A stretch of 64,000 bases of DNA from assembly GCA_963700145.1 (NCBI GenBank), contig OY969474.1, positions 1,344,001-1,408,000 of the forward strand. The letters run 5' to 3'. Shown one piece after another: positions 49,112-58,077 of the stretch. A program made the position numbers and the translations under genes. The notes beneath the pieces were generated by a model that saw only the letters and a program-made list of their open reading frames with translations, had not been told where the DNA came from and did not search any database. The number at the start of each line of letters is the position of its first letter. The first letter of the stretch is position 1. Source of the stretch: an uncultured Acidobacteriota bacterium. GTDB taxonomy: Bacteria > Acidobacteriota > Thermoanaerobaculia > Multivoradales > UBA5704.

Positions 49112-51223
49112 TCACCAGCGGGTGTGCTGGGCGATCAGGCCCCCGGCCGCCGAGCGGTCCACGGGGCCGGAGAAGAAGAAGCCCTGGCCGAGCTCGCAGG
49201 AGAGCCCGCGCAGGTGCGTCACCTGCTCGGCGGTCTCCAGCCCCTCGGCGGCCACCCCCATGCCCAGGGTGCGCCCCAGGGCGACGATCGAGCGCACGAT
49301 CTCGGAGCTGCCGCCGGCAGCGGCGCCGGCGCCGCTGCTGATGAAGGAGCGGTCGATCTTCAGGCCGTCCATCGGCAGCCGGTGGAGGTAGGAGAGCGAC
49401 GAGTAGCCGGTGCCGAAGTCGTCGATGTAGAGCTTGATGCCCAGCTCGCGCAGCTGCAGGAGCTTCGAGACCGCCGCCTGCCCCTGCTCCATGATCGCCC
49501 CCTCGGTCATCTCCAGGCGCAGGCTGCCGGGCGCGATCGGCATCTCGCGCAGCAGGCGGCGCATGCGCCGCACCAGGTCGGTCTGCAGGAACTGCTTGCC
49601 CGAGAGGTTGACGCTCACCGCCATCGAGCGGCCGCAGCCGTTGGCCTGCCACTCGGCGAGCTGGCGGCAGGCCTCGCGCAGCACCCACCAGCCGATCGGC
49701 ACGATCAAGCCGGTGTCCTCGGCGATCGAGATGAAGCTCTCCGGCTGCAGCAGGCCGCGCGCCGGGTGGTGCCAGCGCAGCAGCGCCTCGAAGCCGTCGA
49801 TCTCGCCGCTCGCCAGCTCGACGATCGGCTGGTAGTGGACGACGAACTCTTCGCGCTCGATGGCGCGGCGCAGGTCGGTCTCGACCTGCAGCAGCGCCAC
49901 CGCGTGCTCGTGCATGGCGCGGTCGAAGATGGCGTGGCGGTCCTTGCCCGCGGCCTTGGCGCGGTACATCGCGGTGTCGGCGTCGCGCAGCACGTCCTCG
50001 GGGCGCTCGTAGACGGCGCCCGAGCTGAGCGCGATCCCCAGGCTCATGGTGACGAAGACCTCGTGCCCCTGGATGTCGAAGGGGCGCGACAGCTCGCGGT
50101 TGACCCGTTGCGCCACGCGCGAGGCCTGCGTCGGGTCGTCGACGCCGTCGAGGAGGATCGCGAACTCGTCGCCGCCCAGGCGGGCGACGGTGTCGCCGGG
50201 GCGCAGCAGCACCTCGACGCGGCGCGCCACCGCCACCAGCAGCTCGTCGCCGACGTGGTGACCGAGGCTGTCGTTGACGTTCTTGAAGCGGTCGAGGTCC
50301 AGGAAGAGGACGGCGAAGGCGTGGTCCCCGCGGCGGCGGGCATGAGCGAGCGCCACGCCCAGGCGGTCGAGGAAGAGGGCGCGGTTGGGCAGCCCGGTCA
50401 GCGAGTCGTGGAAGGCGTCGTGCTGCAAGCGCTTCTCGGCCAGCTTGCGGGCGGTGATGTCGGCCATCGAGCCGGCCATCCGGTACGGCTGCCCGGCGGC
50501 GTCGCGCACCGCGATGCCGCGCGACTGCACCCAGCGGTAGGTGCCGTCCTTGTGCAGCATCCGGTGCTCGCTCTTGAAGTGCGGCGTGCCGCCGGCGCGG
50601 TGGGCCGAGATCTCCGCCCGCAGGATCAGGAGGTCGTCCGGGTGGACGCGGTCGAACCACTCCCGCGGCTCCTCGCCCACCTCGTCGAGGCCGTGGCCGA
50701 GCATCCCCTTCCAGCGCGGCGAGAAGTAGATCGTGTCGCGCTGCAGTTCCCAGTCCCAGAGGCCGTCGTTGGCCCCGGCGACCGCCAGCGCGTAGCGCTC
50801 CTCGCTCTCGCGCAGCGCCACCTCGGCGCGCTTGCGCTCGATGGCGTAGCGCAGCGCGCGGCCGAGGAGCCGCGCCTCGAGGCTGCGCTTGGGCAGGTAG
50901 TCCTGCGCGCCGCGGCGGATCGCCTCCTCGGCGACGACCTCGTCGTCGAGGCCGGTCAAGAGGACGGTCGGCAGGAGCGGCGCCGCGGCCTGCACCCGCT
51001 CGAGCGTTTCGAGCGAGCCGGCGGTGGTGTCGGGCAGCGCGAGGTCGAGGAGGGCGACGTCGGCCTGCGCGCCGCCGCGCAGGAGGTCGACGGCCTCGCC
51101 GACGCTGCCGGCGGTGAGCGTGGTGGCGGGGCCGGCGGCGCCCCGGTCGAGGAGCTTCAGGACGTGGCGCAGATCGTCGGGGTTGTCCTCGACGATCAGG
51201 ACCCGGATGGGCCGGTCGGTCAT
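49112..51223 (-). CDS. REC-PAS-GGDEF-EAL c-di-GMP enzyme
   Basis: VLIVEDN/LLDL receiver, PAS (GLWDW, VHPDD), RPGD...[22 protein letters not shown]. Confidence 0.93.
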   Translation of the reverse strand: MTDRPIRVLIVEDNPDDLRHVLKLLDRGAAGPATTLTAGSVGEAVDLLRGGAQADVALLDLALPDTTAGSLETLERVQAAAPLLPTVLLTGLDDEVVAEEAIRRGAQDYLPKRSLEARLLGRALRYAIERKRAEVALRESEERYALAVAGANDGLWDWELQRDTIYFSPRWKGMLGHGLDEVGEEPREWFDRVHPDDLLILRAEISAHRAGGTPHFKSEHRMLHKDGTYRWVQSRGIAVRDAAGQPYRMAGSMADITARKLAEKRLQHDAFHDSLTGLPNRALFLDRLGVALAHARRRGDHAFAVLFLDLDRFKNVNDSLGHHVGDELLVAVARRVEVLLRPGDTVARLGGDEFAILLDGVDDPTQASRVAQRVNRELSRPFDIQGHEVFVTMSLGIALSSGAVYERPEDVLRDADTAMYRAKAAGKDRHAIFDRAMHEHAVALLQVETDLRRAIEREEFVVHYQPIVELASGEIDGFEALLRWHHPARGLLQPESFISIAEDTGLIVPIGWWVLREACRQLAEWQANGCGRSMAVSVNLSGKQFLQTDLVRRMRRLLREMPIAPGSLRLEMTEGAIMEQGQAAVSKLLQLRELGIKLYIDDFGTGYSSLSYLHRLPMDGLKIDRSFISSGAGAAAGGSSEIVRSIVALGRTLGMGVAAEGLETAEQVTHLRGLSCELGQGFFFSGPVDRSAAGGLIAQHTRW

Positions 51224-51320
51224 CTCCCCCTCCAACAGCAAGTTGCAACCGACCCTACGGACCCGACGCCCCCCGGCGACACAACCTGCTTCAGCTAAAC
51301 ATCAGATCAAATTGAACATA

Positions 51321-52496
51321 TCAGAATGATCGACGCCGTGCAAAGGGTGTCCCGCCCTGCGGCCGCTCCTGCTCGGCCACCCGCGGCAGGGTGAAGTAGA
51401 AGGTCGAGCCCTGCGCCGGCTCGGACTTCACCCAGATGTGCCCGCCGTGGCGCTCGACGACACGCTTGCAGATCGACAGCCCCAGGCCGCTCCCCGGCAC
51501 CTCCGGCCGCAGGCGCTTGAACGAGGTGAAGATCGACTCCGCCTCGACCGGCTCCATGCCGACGCCGTTGTCGTGCACCGAGAAGACCCACTCGCCGTCG
51601 GTGCGCGCGGCGGCGACGTGGACCGCCGGCGGGCGGTCGCCGTGGAACTTGATCGCGTTGCCGACCAGGTTCTGCAGCAGCTGGACGATCTGCACCGGGT
51701 CGGCGTGGATCGTCGGCAGCGGCGCGTGCGTCACCTTGGCGCCGCTCTCCTCGACTGCCGCCTCGAGGTTGCCGAGGGCCTGCTCCAGGAGCTCGCCGGC
51801 GTCGACGTCGACCAGCTCCCGCCGCTCCCGCCCTTCGACCTGCGACAGCGACAGCAGGTCGCGCACCATGTCCTGCAGCCGGCCGGCGGCGGCGGCGGCC
51901 CGCTCCACCAGCGCGCGCCCGGCGTCGTCGAGCCCGCCGCCGTGCTCGTCGCGCAGGGCGCGCAGGGCGCGCTCGATGGCGCGCGCCGGCTCCTGCAGCT
52001 CGTGCGAGGCGACGGCGGCGAAGCGGCCGACCTCGGCGGGCGGCTCGGGTACTTCGCGCGGCACGGCGGCGAGCTGCGGCTCGCGGCGGCCGGCGGGCGG
52101 GACGATCCGCGCCCGCGTCTGCTCGAGCGCCGCCTCGACCTCGGAGGCGAGGCGCAGGAAGGTCCCCGGGCGCTTGACCAGGTACTGGTGGACTCCCAGG
52201 CGCGCGGCCTTGAGCGCCACCTCCTCGTCGCCCGAGCGGGTGAAGAGGATGACCGGCAGCTCCGGCCATTCCTCCTTGAGGGCGCCGAGCACGGCCAAGC
52301 CGTCGGCCCAGTGGAGCTTCTGTTCGAGGATGACGAGATCGAAGTCGCGGCGGGCGCAGGCTTGGGCGAAGGTGACGGCGTCGGGGACTTCGTGGACCTC
52401 GAAATGCCCTAATTCGCTCGTGAGCACAACACTGGCAAGGGAGCGGTCGTCCGGGTCATCGTCGATGAGCAGGATCCGCTGGTTCGCTCCTCTCAT
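51321..52496 (-). CDS. REC + histidine kinase (soluble hybrid)
   Basis: ILLIDDD receiver; ASHELQEP H-box, [20 protein letters not shown]. Confidence 0.9.
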   Translation of the reverse strand: MRGANQRILLIDDDPDDRSLASVVLTSELGHFEVHEVPDAVTFAQACARRDFDLVILEQKLHWADGLAVLGALKEEWPELPVILFTRSGDEEVALKAARLGVHQYLVKRPGTFLRLASEVEAALEQTRARIVPPAGRREPQLAAVPREVPEPPAEVGRFAAVASHELQEPARAIERALRALRDEHGGGLDDAGRALVERAAAAAGRLQDMVRDLLSLSQVEGRERRELVDVDAGELLEQALGNLEAAVEESGAKVTHAPLPTIHADPVQIVQLLQNLVGNAIKFHGDRPPAVHVAAARTDGEWVFSVHDNGVGMEPVEAESIFTSFKRLRPEVPGSGLGLSICKRVVERHGGHIWVKSEPAQGSTFYFTLPRVAEQERPQGGTPFARRRSF

Positions 52497-52575
52497 GCCG
52501 CCGTCGCTACGAGCCAGAACGGTGCCATTGACTCGCAGCTATCGATCGATCGAACGGTGCAGCGCACGATTCTAC

Positions 52576-53319
52576 CTAAATGTACAGCCCCCCGGACACG
52601 TTCAGCACATGTCCAGTGACATAGCCGGCTTCCTCGCTCGCCAGGTAGGCGACGGCCCAGGCGACGTCGTCGGGCGAGCCGAGCCGCTTGAGCGCGATGC
52701 CGGCGGTCAGCTCGCCGCGCGAGGCCTCGGGAAGCGCCGCGGTCATCGCCGTCTCGACGTAACCGGGGGCGACGACGTTGACCGTGATGTTGCGGCTCCC
52801 CAGCTCCCGCGCCAGCGACTTGGAGAAGCCGATGAGGCCGGCCTTCGAGGCGGCGTAGTTCGCCTGGCCGGCGTTGCCCATCAGCCCGACGACCGAGGAG
52901 ACGGAGACGATCCGCCCCCAGCGCCGGCGCATCATGCCGCGCAGCAGCTCCTTGGTCAGCACGTAGGCGCCCGTCAAGTTGGTGCGCAGCACGCGCTCCC
53001 AGTCCTCCAGGCTCATGCGGGCGAGGAGGTTGTCGGCGGTGATGCCGGCGTTGTTGACCAGGACGTCCACCGCCGCGAACTCCTCGGGCAGCGCCTTGAG
53101 CCGCTCGGCGGCGGCGGCCGGGTCGGCGACGTCGAGCGCGAAGGGGAGGGCCGTCCCGCCGGCGGCCTCGATCTCCCCCGCCACGCCGCGCAGCTTCTCC
53201 TCGTTGCGCGCCGCGAGCACGACGCGCGCCCCCTGCCCCGCCAGCCGCCGCGCCACCGCCTCGCCGATCCCCTGCGAGGCGCCGGTCACCAGCGCCGTCC
53301 TGCCGTCCAATCGGAACAT
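52576..53319 (-). CDS. fabG: 3-oxoacyl-ACP reductase
   Basis: [28 protein letters not shown]. Confidence 0.95.
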   Translation of the reverse strand: MFRLDGRTALVTGASQGIGEAVARRLAGQGARVVLAARNEEKLRGVAGEIEAAGGTALPFALDVADPAAAAERLKALPEEFAAVDVLVNNAGITADNLLARMSLEDWERVLRTNLTGAYVLTKELLRGMMRRRWGRIVSVSSVVGLMGNAGQANYAASKAGLIGFSKSLARELGSRNITVNVVAPGYVETAMTAALPEASRGELTAGIALKRLGSPDDVAWAVAYLASEEAGYVTGHVLNVSGGLYI

Positions 53320-53331
53320 GCGTACCTTTCC

Positions 53332-53363
53332 GTAGCGCCCGGCCTACGTGCCGGGCGTTTTTT
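53332..53363 (+). repeat. GTAG-type REP, family B, overlapping the fabD 3' end
   Basis: gtagcgcccggcctacgtgccgggcgtttttt. Confidence 0.8.
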
Positions 53364-54333
53364 GCGCCTCGGCTGCCAGAAATTTGTCCACCTGCTCCGG
53401 CTCTCCCAGGCTGGCGACGGCCGCCCGCTCGGCGATCCGCCGGATCAGCCCGGCCAGGACGTTGCCCGGCCCGAGCTCCAGGAAGAGGTCCACTCCCGCC
53501 TCCCGCTCCATCCACTGCACCGACTCCACCCAGCGCACCGGGCCGTCGATCTGCCGCGCCAGGGCGTCGCGGGCCGCCTCGGCGGTGGCGACGGGCGCCG
53601 CGTCCACGTTGGCGACGACCGGCACCCGCGGCGCGGCGAAGGGCGCCTCGCGCAGCGGCTCGATCATGCCGAGCCGCGCCGGGCGCATGAGCGGCGAGTG
53701 GAACGGCGCGGAGACCGGCAGGAGGGTGGCCTTCTTGGCGCCGCGCTCGCGGGCCAGCGCCACGGCGCGGTCCACCGCGGCCTTGTGGCCGGCGACGACC
53801 GTCTGCACCGGGGCGTTGAGGTTGGCCACCGCCACCAGCTCTCCCTCCTGATCGGCGCTCGCCTCCCGCGCCACTTCGGCCACCGCCGCGGCGTCGAGCC
53901 CGAGGATCGCCGCCATCGCCCCCTCCCCCACCGGCACCGCCGCCTGCATCAGCTCGCCGCGCCGGCGCACCAGGCGGAGGGCATCGGCGAAGGGGAGCGC
54001 CCCGGCCGCTACCAGCGCCGAGTACTCGCCGAGGCTGTGGCCGGCGAGCGCCACGGGAACGACATCGGCGAGCGGCGTGCCGGCGAGGGCGCGGTGGATC
54101 GCGGTCGAGGCGGCGAGGAGGGCCGGCTGCGTGTTGACCGTCAGCCCCAGCTCCTCCTCCGGCCCCTCCCAGCAGAGGCGGGAGAGCGGCTCGCCGAGCG
54201 CCTCGTCGGCCTCCTCGAAGGTCCGCCGCGCCGCCTCCGACACCTCCGCCCAGGCGCGCCCCATGCCGACCTTCTGTGACCCCTGGCCGGGGAAGACGAA
54301 GGCCACCCGCCGCGTCGCGAGCGCTGCGCTCAT
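53344..54333 (-). CDS. fabD: Malonyl-CoA:ACP transacylase
   Basis: FPGQGSQ, GHSLGEY, VSAPFHS. Confidence 0.96.
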   Translation of the reverse strand: MSAALATRRVAFVFPGQGSQKVGMGRAWAEVSEAARRTFEEADEALGEPLSRLCWEGPEEELGLTVNTQPALLAASTAIHRALAGTPLADVVPVALAGHSLGEYSALVAAGALPFADALRLVRRRGELMQAAVPVGEGAMAAILGLDAAAVAEVAREASADQEGELVAVANLNAPVQTVVAGHKAAVDRAVALARERGAKKATLLPVSAPFHSPLMRPARLGMIEPLREAPFAAPRVPVVANVDAAPVATAEAARDALARQIDGPVRWVESVQWMEREAGVDLFLELGPGNVLAGLIRRIAERAAVASLGEPEQVDKFLAAEAQKTPGT

Positions 54334-55367
54334 CCCGCCCCGACCTCCTGCGACCCGAGCATCCGCCGCTCCTCGTCGTGCAGCTCGATCATCTTCTCGG
54401 CGATCTTCTTGTGCACCTCGTGGCTGGCGAACTCGACGGCGCGGCGGATGGCGTTGTGGATCGCCACCGCGTTCGAGCGGCCGTGGCCGATGAAGCAGCC
54501 GCCGTCCACCCCCAGGAGCGGCGCGGCGCCGAAGCCGCTGTAGTGGGTGCGGGCGCGGAAGCGCTCGAAGGCCGGCTTGGCGAGGAGGTAGCCGAGCTTG
54601 GTGCGGGCGGAGCGCCCCAGCTCCTCGCGCAGCATCGCGCCGACCATCTCGGCCAGCTGCTCGGCGCTCTTGAGCACCACGTTGCCGACGAAGCCGTCGC
54701 AGACGATGACGTCCACCGAGCCGTTGAAGACGTCGCCCCCCTCGACGTTGCCGAGGAAGTTGAGGCCGGTCGTCTTGAGCACCTTGAAGACCTCGCGCGT
54801 CAGGTCGGTCCCCTTCGACTCCTCCTCGCCGATCGACAGGAGCCCCACGCGCGGCGACGGGGTGCCGATCACCTCCTGGGCGAAGAAGTGGCCCATGACC
54901 GCGAACTCGCGCAGGTGGGCGGGCTTGACGTCGACGTTGGCGCCGACGTCGAGGAGCACGACGCGCCCCTTGGGACCGGGGAGGACGGCGGCGAGGGCTG
55001 GCCGGTCCACGCCCTTGATCGTGCCGATCACCATCTTGGCGGCGATCATCGCCGCGCCGGTGTTGCCGGCGGTCACCACCGCCGCCGCCCGCCCCTCGCG
55101 CACCAGCTCGGAGCAGATGCGGATCGAGGAGCGGCGCTTCTTGCGGATCGGGGTGATCGCGGGCTCGTCCATGCCGACGACCTCGTCGGCTTGGACGAGC
55201 TCGAGGCGGCCGCCGTGGTCGCCGAGCTTGCGCACCAGCGGCGCGACCTGCGCGGTGTCGCCGACCAGGAGGACGGCGGTGCCGTCCTCGACGGCGGCGC
55301 GGAAGGCCCCCTCGACCGCCGAGCGCGGCGCGAAGTCACCACCCATCGCATCGACGGCAATATGCAC
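54330..55367 (-). CDS. plsX: Phosphate acyltransferase
   Basis: [39 protein letters not shown]. Confidence 0.96.
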   Translation of the reverse strand: MHIAVDAMGGDFAPRSAVEGAFRAAVEDGTAVLLVGDTAQVAPLVRKLGDHGGRLELVQADEVVGMDEPAITPIRKKRRSSIRICSELVREGRAAAVVTAGNTGAAMIAAKMVIGTIKGVDRPALAAVLPGPKGRVVLLDVGANVDVKPAHLREFAVMGHFFAQEVIGTPSPRVGLLSIGEEESKGTDLTREVFKVLKTTGLNFLGNVEGGDVFNGSVDVIVCDGFVGNVVLKSAEQLAEMVGAMLREELGRSARTKLGYLLAKPAFERFRARTHYSGFGAAPLLGVDGGCFIGHGRSNAVAIHNAIRRAVEFASHEVHKKIAEKMIELHDEERRMLGSQEVGAG

Positions 55368-55423
55368 GGTCGGCGGCGGATACGGGCTGCCGGCGGCGCA
55401 GCCCGGAGCGTCCTACCCGGTCT

Positions 55424-55609
55424 TTACGTCGTCTCCTTGACGTCCACCACCTGCCGCCCGCGGTAGGTGCCGCAGTGGCTGCAGGCGCGGTGCGGCAGCT
55501 TCGTCTCGCCGCAGTTGGGGCAGACGGAGGTGGCGGGGCGCTCGAGGGCGTCGTGGGCCCGGCGCTTGTCGCGGCGGGCCTTGGAGTGGCGGCGCTTGGG
55601 GTTCGGCAT
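55424..55609 (-). CDS. rpmF: 50S ribosomal protein L32 (Zn-binding type)
   Basis: [17 protein letters not shown]...CPNCG...HRACSHCG. Confidence 0.96.
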   Translation of the reverse strand: MPNPKRRHSKARRDKRRAHDALERPATSVCPNCGETKLPHRACSHCGTYRGRQVVDVKETT

Positions 55610-55656
55610 GGTTCGGGCCTCGTCGGATTAGCGGGCTCAGGCGCCCGGGCTCTGGT

Positions 55657-56193
55657 TCATTCGTCGTCCCCGCTCAGCCGGTCGCGCAACGGCGCGAGCA
55701 CTGCCCAGCGGGTGTCTACCGTCCGCTCTTCGCAGGTGCACGACTCGAGGTTCCGGTCGGCGCCGCACGTCGGGCAGAGCCCCTGGCAGTCCGGCCGGCA
55801 GAGGGGCTTCATCGGGATGTTGAGCTGGAGCTGTTCGACCAGGATGGGCTCGGTCTCCAGGATCTCGTCGTCGAGGTAGAGGGTGCCGAGGTCGCGGTCG
55901 TGCAGCTCGTGCTCGCCGGCGCCGGCCGCCGGGGCCCCGACTTCGAGCAGGAGCTCGACGTCCGGGGTGGACCGCTCGGCGAACGGTTTCAGGCAGCGGT
56001 TGCAGGCGAGCGTCTGTTCGTAGGAAAGCCGGGCGCGCAGCAGGTAGCCGGGATCGACGAAGACGACCTGCCCACGCCACGCGACGGGCCCCAGGGACAG
56101 CAGCTCCGGACGCCCCAGGGGCTCGACCGGCACTTCCTGCGTCTCCTCCCAGTCGAACGGTTCTTCGCGAACCTGATCCAGCCAAATCCGCAT
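55657..56193 (-). CDS. yceD: YceD/DUF177 family protein
   Basis: CNRCL and PMKPLCRPDCQGLCPTCG; canonical position before rpmF. Confidence 0.92.
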   Translation of the reverse strand: MRIWLDQVREEPFDWEETQEVPVEPLGRPELLSLGPVAWRGQVVFVDPGYLLRARLSYEQTLACNRCLKPFAERSTPDVELLLEVGAPAAGAGEHELHDRDLGTLYLDDEILETEPILVEQLQLNIPMKPLCRPDCQGLCPTCGADRNLESCTCEERTVDTRWAVLAPLRDRLSGDDE

Positions 56194-56390
56194 CCGAACC
56201 TCCAACCGGGCCAACGGCGTAGGGTAAGCGGTTGATTCCGTTGTGTCAAATTGGAGCTTCCTCCGCCACCCACCCTCTTGCTGCGGCCGTTCCGGTGTGG
56301 GGTCCCGCAGGTCTCCTCCGCGCCCGGCGCTCCAGAGATCCTGCGGGCCCTAGCACCGACAGTGGAGTCCCTGCTCAGATGGTGGCCCAG

Positions 56391-56425
56391 GTCATCCTGA
56401 GCGTAGCGAAGGATCTGGGTGGGGG
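56391..56425. repeat. REP-like family A, solitary arm
   Basis: gtcatcctgagcgtagcgaaggatctggg. Confidence 0.75.
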
Positions 56426-56456
56426 CCGACGTCACTTCAGAGTTCCGAGTCATGGC

Positions 56457-56628
56457 GCCGCGTGATGTGCCGGGCCAGAGGCCCGCGAAAGCGTCGCGTT
56501 CGGGTGAAGTCACCACCAACGTCCGCGAACGGAGCCGACCTGGCTCTGCGGCCACTACCCGCCCTGACCGGGAACCGCGAAGCGGCGCGACTCTTTCGCG
56601 GGCCGGGTGGCCCGGCATCTCACGCGGC
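56457..56628. ncRNA. Candidate structured ncRNA or MITE-like long hairpin
   Basis: ~42-nt imperfect inverted arms (56457-56498 / 56586-56628) enclosing inner hairpins. Confidence 0.35.
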
Positions 56629-56652
56629 ACTATCCGCCCCGCGCGGGATGCA

Positions 56653-57930
56653 TTATTTGCAGCCAGCCAACCGAAGCCTAAAAGTCCCCGGCCATTCGGT
56701 GGAAACGAGAGAAAGTTCTTCACACCCCGCGAAGGGTTCCAGCACCGTCTCCCAGTCGCGCCAGCGTTGGACTTCGCTGCCGCGGACGAGCGGCAACTCT
56801 TCGAGGGTGTCGCGGACCTGCTGGACGAGGCGGTAGGCGCCGCGGGGCTCGGCCCAGACTCCGGTGACCAGGCGCGGCCCCCCGCCCGCCCCGCGCGGGT
56901 CGATCGCCGCCGCCAGGTGCGGCGCCAGCTGCTCGGCGCGGCGGAGCGTTTCGCGGTCCATCGCCACGATGCGCCAGCCCGCCACCTCGCCCGACGGCAG
57001 GCCACCGCGCAACGCCGCGCCGAGGCGGCCGCCCGGAAGCCTCCACCCCTCCTGGCCGGGGGCCTGGAAGAGCGCGATGCCGGGGAGGCGGAAGCGCGCC
57101 ACCGATCTGCCTTCGTAGAGCGCGATCGCCGCCGGCGCGCGGCGGTCCTCGCCGGCCGCGCTCTCCGTGGCGGCGAGGAGCAGCGGCCGGTCGCCGCGCG
57201 GCAGGCGGGCGATCCCGGGGTCGAGTACCGGCGGGGCGGCGCCGGCGAGGCGCAGCACCAGGTCGCCCTGCTCGCGCTGCAGCAGGTAGCGGCCCGGCGG
57301 GAAGCGCGAGATCCCCTCCTCCAGGCGCAGCGCCGCGAGCGCCTTCTCCCCTCCCGCCGCTGCCGCCGGCGCGCGCGCCGGCACCGGCACCGGCGCCCCG
57401 CCGCGCACCGTCCAGAGCCCGCCGTCCCAGGCCACCTCCAGCACCCGCTCCCCCTCCTCCACCCGCCCGCCGGCGAGCCAGGGGTTGCCCGCCAGCCGCC
57501 CCGCGGTGCGCGCCACCAGCCCGAGGAGCGGGTAGACCCGCGCCGCCACCACCAGCCGCCCGCCGTCGAGGTCCGAGCAGGCGGTCAGCTCGCGCGACGG
57601 CGGCAGGGCGAAGGGGCCGAAGGCGGGCAGCGCCGGCGGCGGCAGGCCGGCGACTCTCGACGCCGCCGCCAGCCAGGCCGGCCAGTCCCCCACCGCGCGC
57701 TGCAGCGCGCCGGCGTTCTGGTGCGGGTACGGCAGCCAGAGGCAGACGTCGGCGGCCCCGGCGGCGAGGAGGCGCCCCGGGAGGTCGTCGGGGTCGGGCG
57801 CGGCGGAGCGCTCGCGCGGCAGGTACCAGAAGGCGTAGTGCGCCGCGAGGAGCGCCAGGACGAGCAGCGCCGCGCCGGCCTTGGCGAAACGGCCGCAACC
57901 GAGCCGGTTTCCCTTTTGCGAGTTCCGCAT
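56653..57930 (-). CDS. Membrane-anchored hypothetical protein
   Basis: C-terminal part of the listed 1102-aa ORF, from MRNSQKG; one N-terminal TM, normal codon bias. Confidence 0.7.
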   Translation of the reverse strand: MRNSQKGNRLGCGRFAKAGAALLVLALLAAHYAFWYLPRERSAAPDPDDLPGRLLAAGAADVCLWLPYPHQNAGALQRAVGDWPAWLAAASRVAGLPPPALPAFGPFALPPSRELTACSDLDGGRLVVAARVYPLLGLVARTAGRLAGNPWLAGGRVEEGERVLEVAWDGGLWTVRGGAPVPVPARAPAAAAGGEKALAALRLEEGISRFPPGRYLLQREQGDLVLRLAGAAPPVLDPGIARLPRGDRPLLLAATESAAGEDRRAPAAIALYEGRSVARFRLPGIALFQAPGQEGWRLPGGRLGAALRGGLPSGEVAGWRIVAMDRETLRRAEQLAPHLAAAIDPRGAGGGPRLVTGVWAEPRGAYRLVQQVRDTLEELPLVRGSEVQRWRDWETVLEPFAGCEELSLVSTEWPGTFRLRLAGCK

Positions 57931-58077
57931 TTCGTCGATGTCAGAACTTGCCGGAATGTGATTTGACTCGGCGGCCCGCGCGCGGCATCCTGGGGACAAT
58001 ATCCAATCAGACGGTCCGTCTCTCCGCGGCAGCGCGCGGCGGAGTGTCGGCCGCCGCTTCTCTCCCGGAGGTCGCGC

